Assembly (NCBI GenBank): GCA_964410925.1
Contig: CAYPIW010000155.1
Location: forward strand, 1,607 to 65,606
DNA length: 64,000 nucleotides
Direction: 5' to 3'
DNA from: an uncultured Desulfobacteraceae bacterium
GTDB taxonomy: Bacteria; Desulfobacterota; Desulfobacteria; Desulfobacterales; UBA11574
The notes below the pieces were generated by a model that saw nothing but the letters and a program-made list of their open reading frames with translations, was not told the DNA's origin and made no database searches. The translations under genes and the position numbers were made by a program. Shown here in pieces: positions 62,471 through 64,000 of this stretch (its first letter is position 1; each line of letters begins with the position of its first letter).

Positions 62471-62815
62471 TCATTTCATCATAATGCATCCGTTCAATTT
62501 TTAACTTTCCATCACCGATTCTTCGATATTTGTTCTTTTTATACTTTGAACATACTTACCTTTCCGATCATTGCATGCACAAATCATGCAAAAGAAGTTG
62601 GTTGTGTGATAAAGCACGGTTTGTTAGGCAGTTACATCAATATCGGGAAAAATACGGCTGTGCGAACACATAGAAAAAAACTATGTAATTGTGGGATAAA
62701 TTACACAAAAGTTCTTACATTATTTACATAGGTTGGTAAATCAATTCAGCGGAAATAGATTTCTCTGCCTTCGGGCGTGCTTAAAAAGCCATTCCCCTAT
62801 TGTCGACGATGTCCC

Positions 62816-63145
62816 TTAAGTTTCCCACATGATTTCCAACCACACGGTCTCAATGTCCGGATCCGTCCATTCAACCCTGTGTTTAAGGTGGGCCGGGATA
62901 TTCATGTAGTCACCGGATGCTAACTCGATGATGGTGTCGTTTCCTTCAAACAATAAACCGGCACGGCCTTTTAGCAGAATTACCCATTCATTTTGATCCT
63001 GATCATGCCAGAAATCTTGTGGCGACGCATGTCCTTTTGATACGATCCGTTTAACTTTAAAGGTGTCTGTTGTCAAAATATCCTGGAATAATTCCTGGGA
63101 GATATCGGCGGGAATGGATGAATAAATGTTTCGGATATGGTTCAT
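62816..63145 (-). CDS. Cupin-domain protein
   Basis: 109 aa. GDYMNIPAHLKHRVEW cupin motif 2. Confidence 0.75.
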   Translation of the reverse strand: MNHIRNIYSSIPADISQELFQDILTTDTFKVKRIVSKGHASPQDFWHDQDQNEWVILLKGRAGLLFEGNDTIIELASGDYMNIPAHLKHRVEWTDPDIETVWLEIMWET

Positions 63146-63413
63146 CAGTCTTTATCTTTCATAAATTTTAAACGGTTATAATCACTGACCAGGGAGCCCC
63201 CGGTTCCTGCATGTTTCATTACAATTAATTGTATAAATTTTACAATCGTAAAATTTTCAGTGTGAACATTTCATCCCCGTCCATAAAAAAACCGGATAAG
63301 AAATTTAAATGAAACGCATTGATTTGTATAAAGAGCCTGCTTGTGTTACAGGGAATCGTCTGGTGAGATATGAATATTCAACGATTGGAGCTTATATTCG
63401 GTGAGGAGTGATC

Positions 63414-64000
63414 ATGGAACATCATATTGCGGTTATCGGTGCCGGCCCACGGGGCACCTATTGTTTGCGCAGGATAACCTTGTACCTGAAAAAACATCCG
63501 CTTGGGCACCCGGTTCATGTTCATCTTATTGAAAAATCGGGCAATTTTGGCGGCGGCGGTATTCATTCCGTTGCTCAGCCGGACTATCTTTTGTTAAATA
63601 CCATCGGCGGTCAGATCACGGCTTTTGGTGACGACGACCATGAAGCACGCGCTTCCGAAGCCAGAAAAACACTTTGCGGATATCTGGTGGATCATGGAAT
63701 TTCCATTGGCCCCAATGACTATCCGTCACGGGCGCAGCACGGAAGATATCTCGCAGACATGATGGACTGGACCCAGGCGCATCTTCCACCGGCGGTTTTT
63801 ATTCATCGCCACCGTGCCGGGGCAATTGACATCGAATCCGGCCCCATTACCAGCCAGCAGATTGTTCTGGATAACGGCACTTCCATTCCTGCTGATGAGA
63901 TAATCCTGCTGACAGGACATGGCAAAAACCGGGTCGTCCCCGGTTCCGGACCCTCAGCCTGGACCTCTTTTTCAGAAAACCAGCAAAACAAGGGACATCG
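63414..64000 (+). CDS. FAD/NAD(P)-binding oxidoreductase, 5' partial that runs off the window end (absent from the ORF track)
   Basis: Hand translation gives MEHHIAVIGAGPRGTYCLRRI...LIEKSGNFGGGGIHS..., open to position 64000. A GAGGAG RBS lies 5 nt upstream of the ATG. Confidence 0.7.
   Translation, partial: MEHHIAVIGAGPRGTYCLRRITLYLKKHPLGHPVHVHLIEKSGNFGGGGIHSVAQPDYLLLNTIGGQITAFGDDDHEARASEARKTLCGYLVDHGISIGPNDYPSRAQHGRYLADMMDWTQAHLPPAVFIHRHRAGAIDIESGPITSQQIVLDNGTSIPADEIILLTGHGKNRVVPGSGPSAWTSFSENQQNKGH

Overview
This 64-kb chromosomal segment has gene content typical of a Desulfobacterales-type sulfate reducer; that taxonomic guess comes from gene content only. Most of it is housekeeping: pyrG, eno, tig-clpP-clpX-lon, five tRNAs (Pro, Leu, Val, Asp), typA, ychF, a DEAD-box helicase, a pncA-like/pncB/nadK NAD-salvage cluster, and several transporters. 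Three parts stand out. (1) At 25.7-36.3 kb, a four-subunit 2-oxoacid:ferredoxin oxidoreductase is translationally coupled by ATGA overlaps to a 1119-aa HdrA/NfnB(GltD)-type fusion ('HdrL-like'). An MvhD-HdrC-HdrB fusion follows. Next comes an HdrA-MvhD fusion that the ORF track splits at an in-frame UGA, which sits where HdrA homologues carry a conserved Cys and is most likely selenocysteine. (2) At 19.1-24.8 kb, downstream of tRNA-Val/tRNA-Asp, lies a decayed accessory patch. It holds a ParB-like pseudogene, a truncated IS21 istB, a CHC2 zinc-finger protein, an lhgO gene bracketed by ~190-bp direct repeats, and a ~430-nt ORF-less group II intron with a textbook domain V. (3) A second decay patch at 10.6-11.7 kb holds a probable group II intron 5' fragment, an HD-GYP pseudogene and a 149-bp MITE-like element. 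A second, inverted copy of that element lies at 59.7 kb. Smaller oddities are a frameshifted tungsten-type aldehyde:ferredoxin oxidoreductase, a membrane protein with a histone-H1-like tail and an (AAEKA)n array, unannotated small Cys-rich ORFs, and a GGTGTCA heptad motif downstream of two genes. I found no CRISPR array, no rRNA and no recognisable defence system. All family assignments come from reading motifs in the translations, not from database searches.
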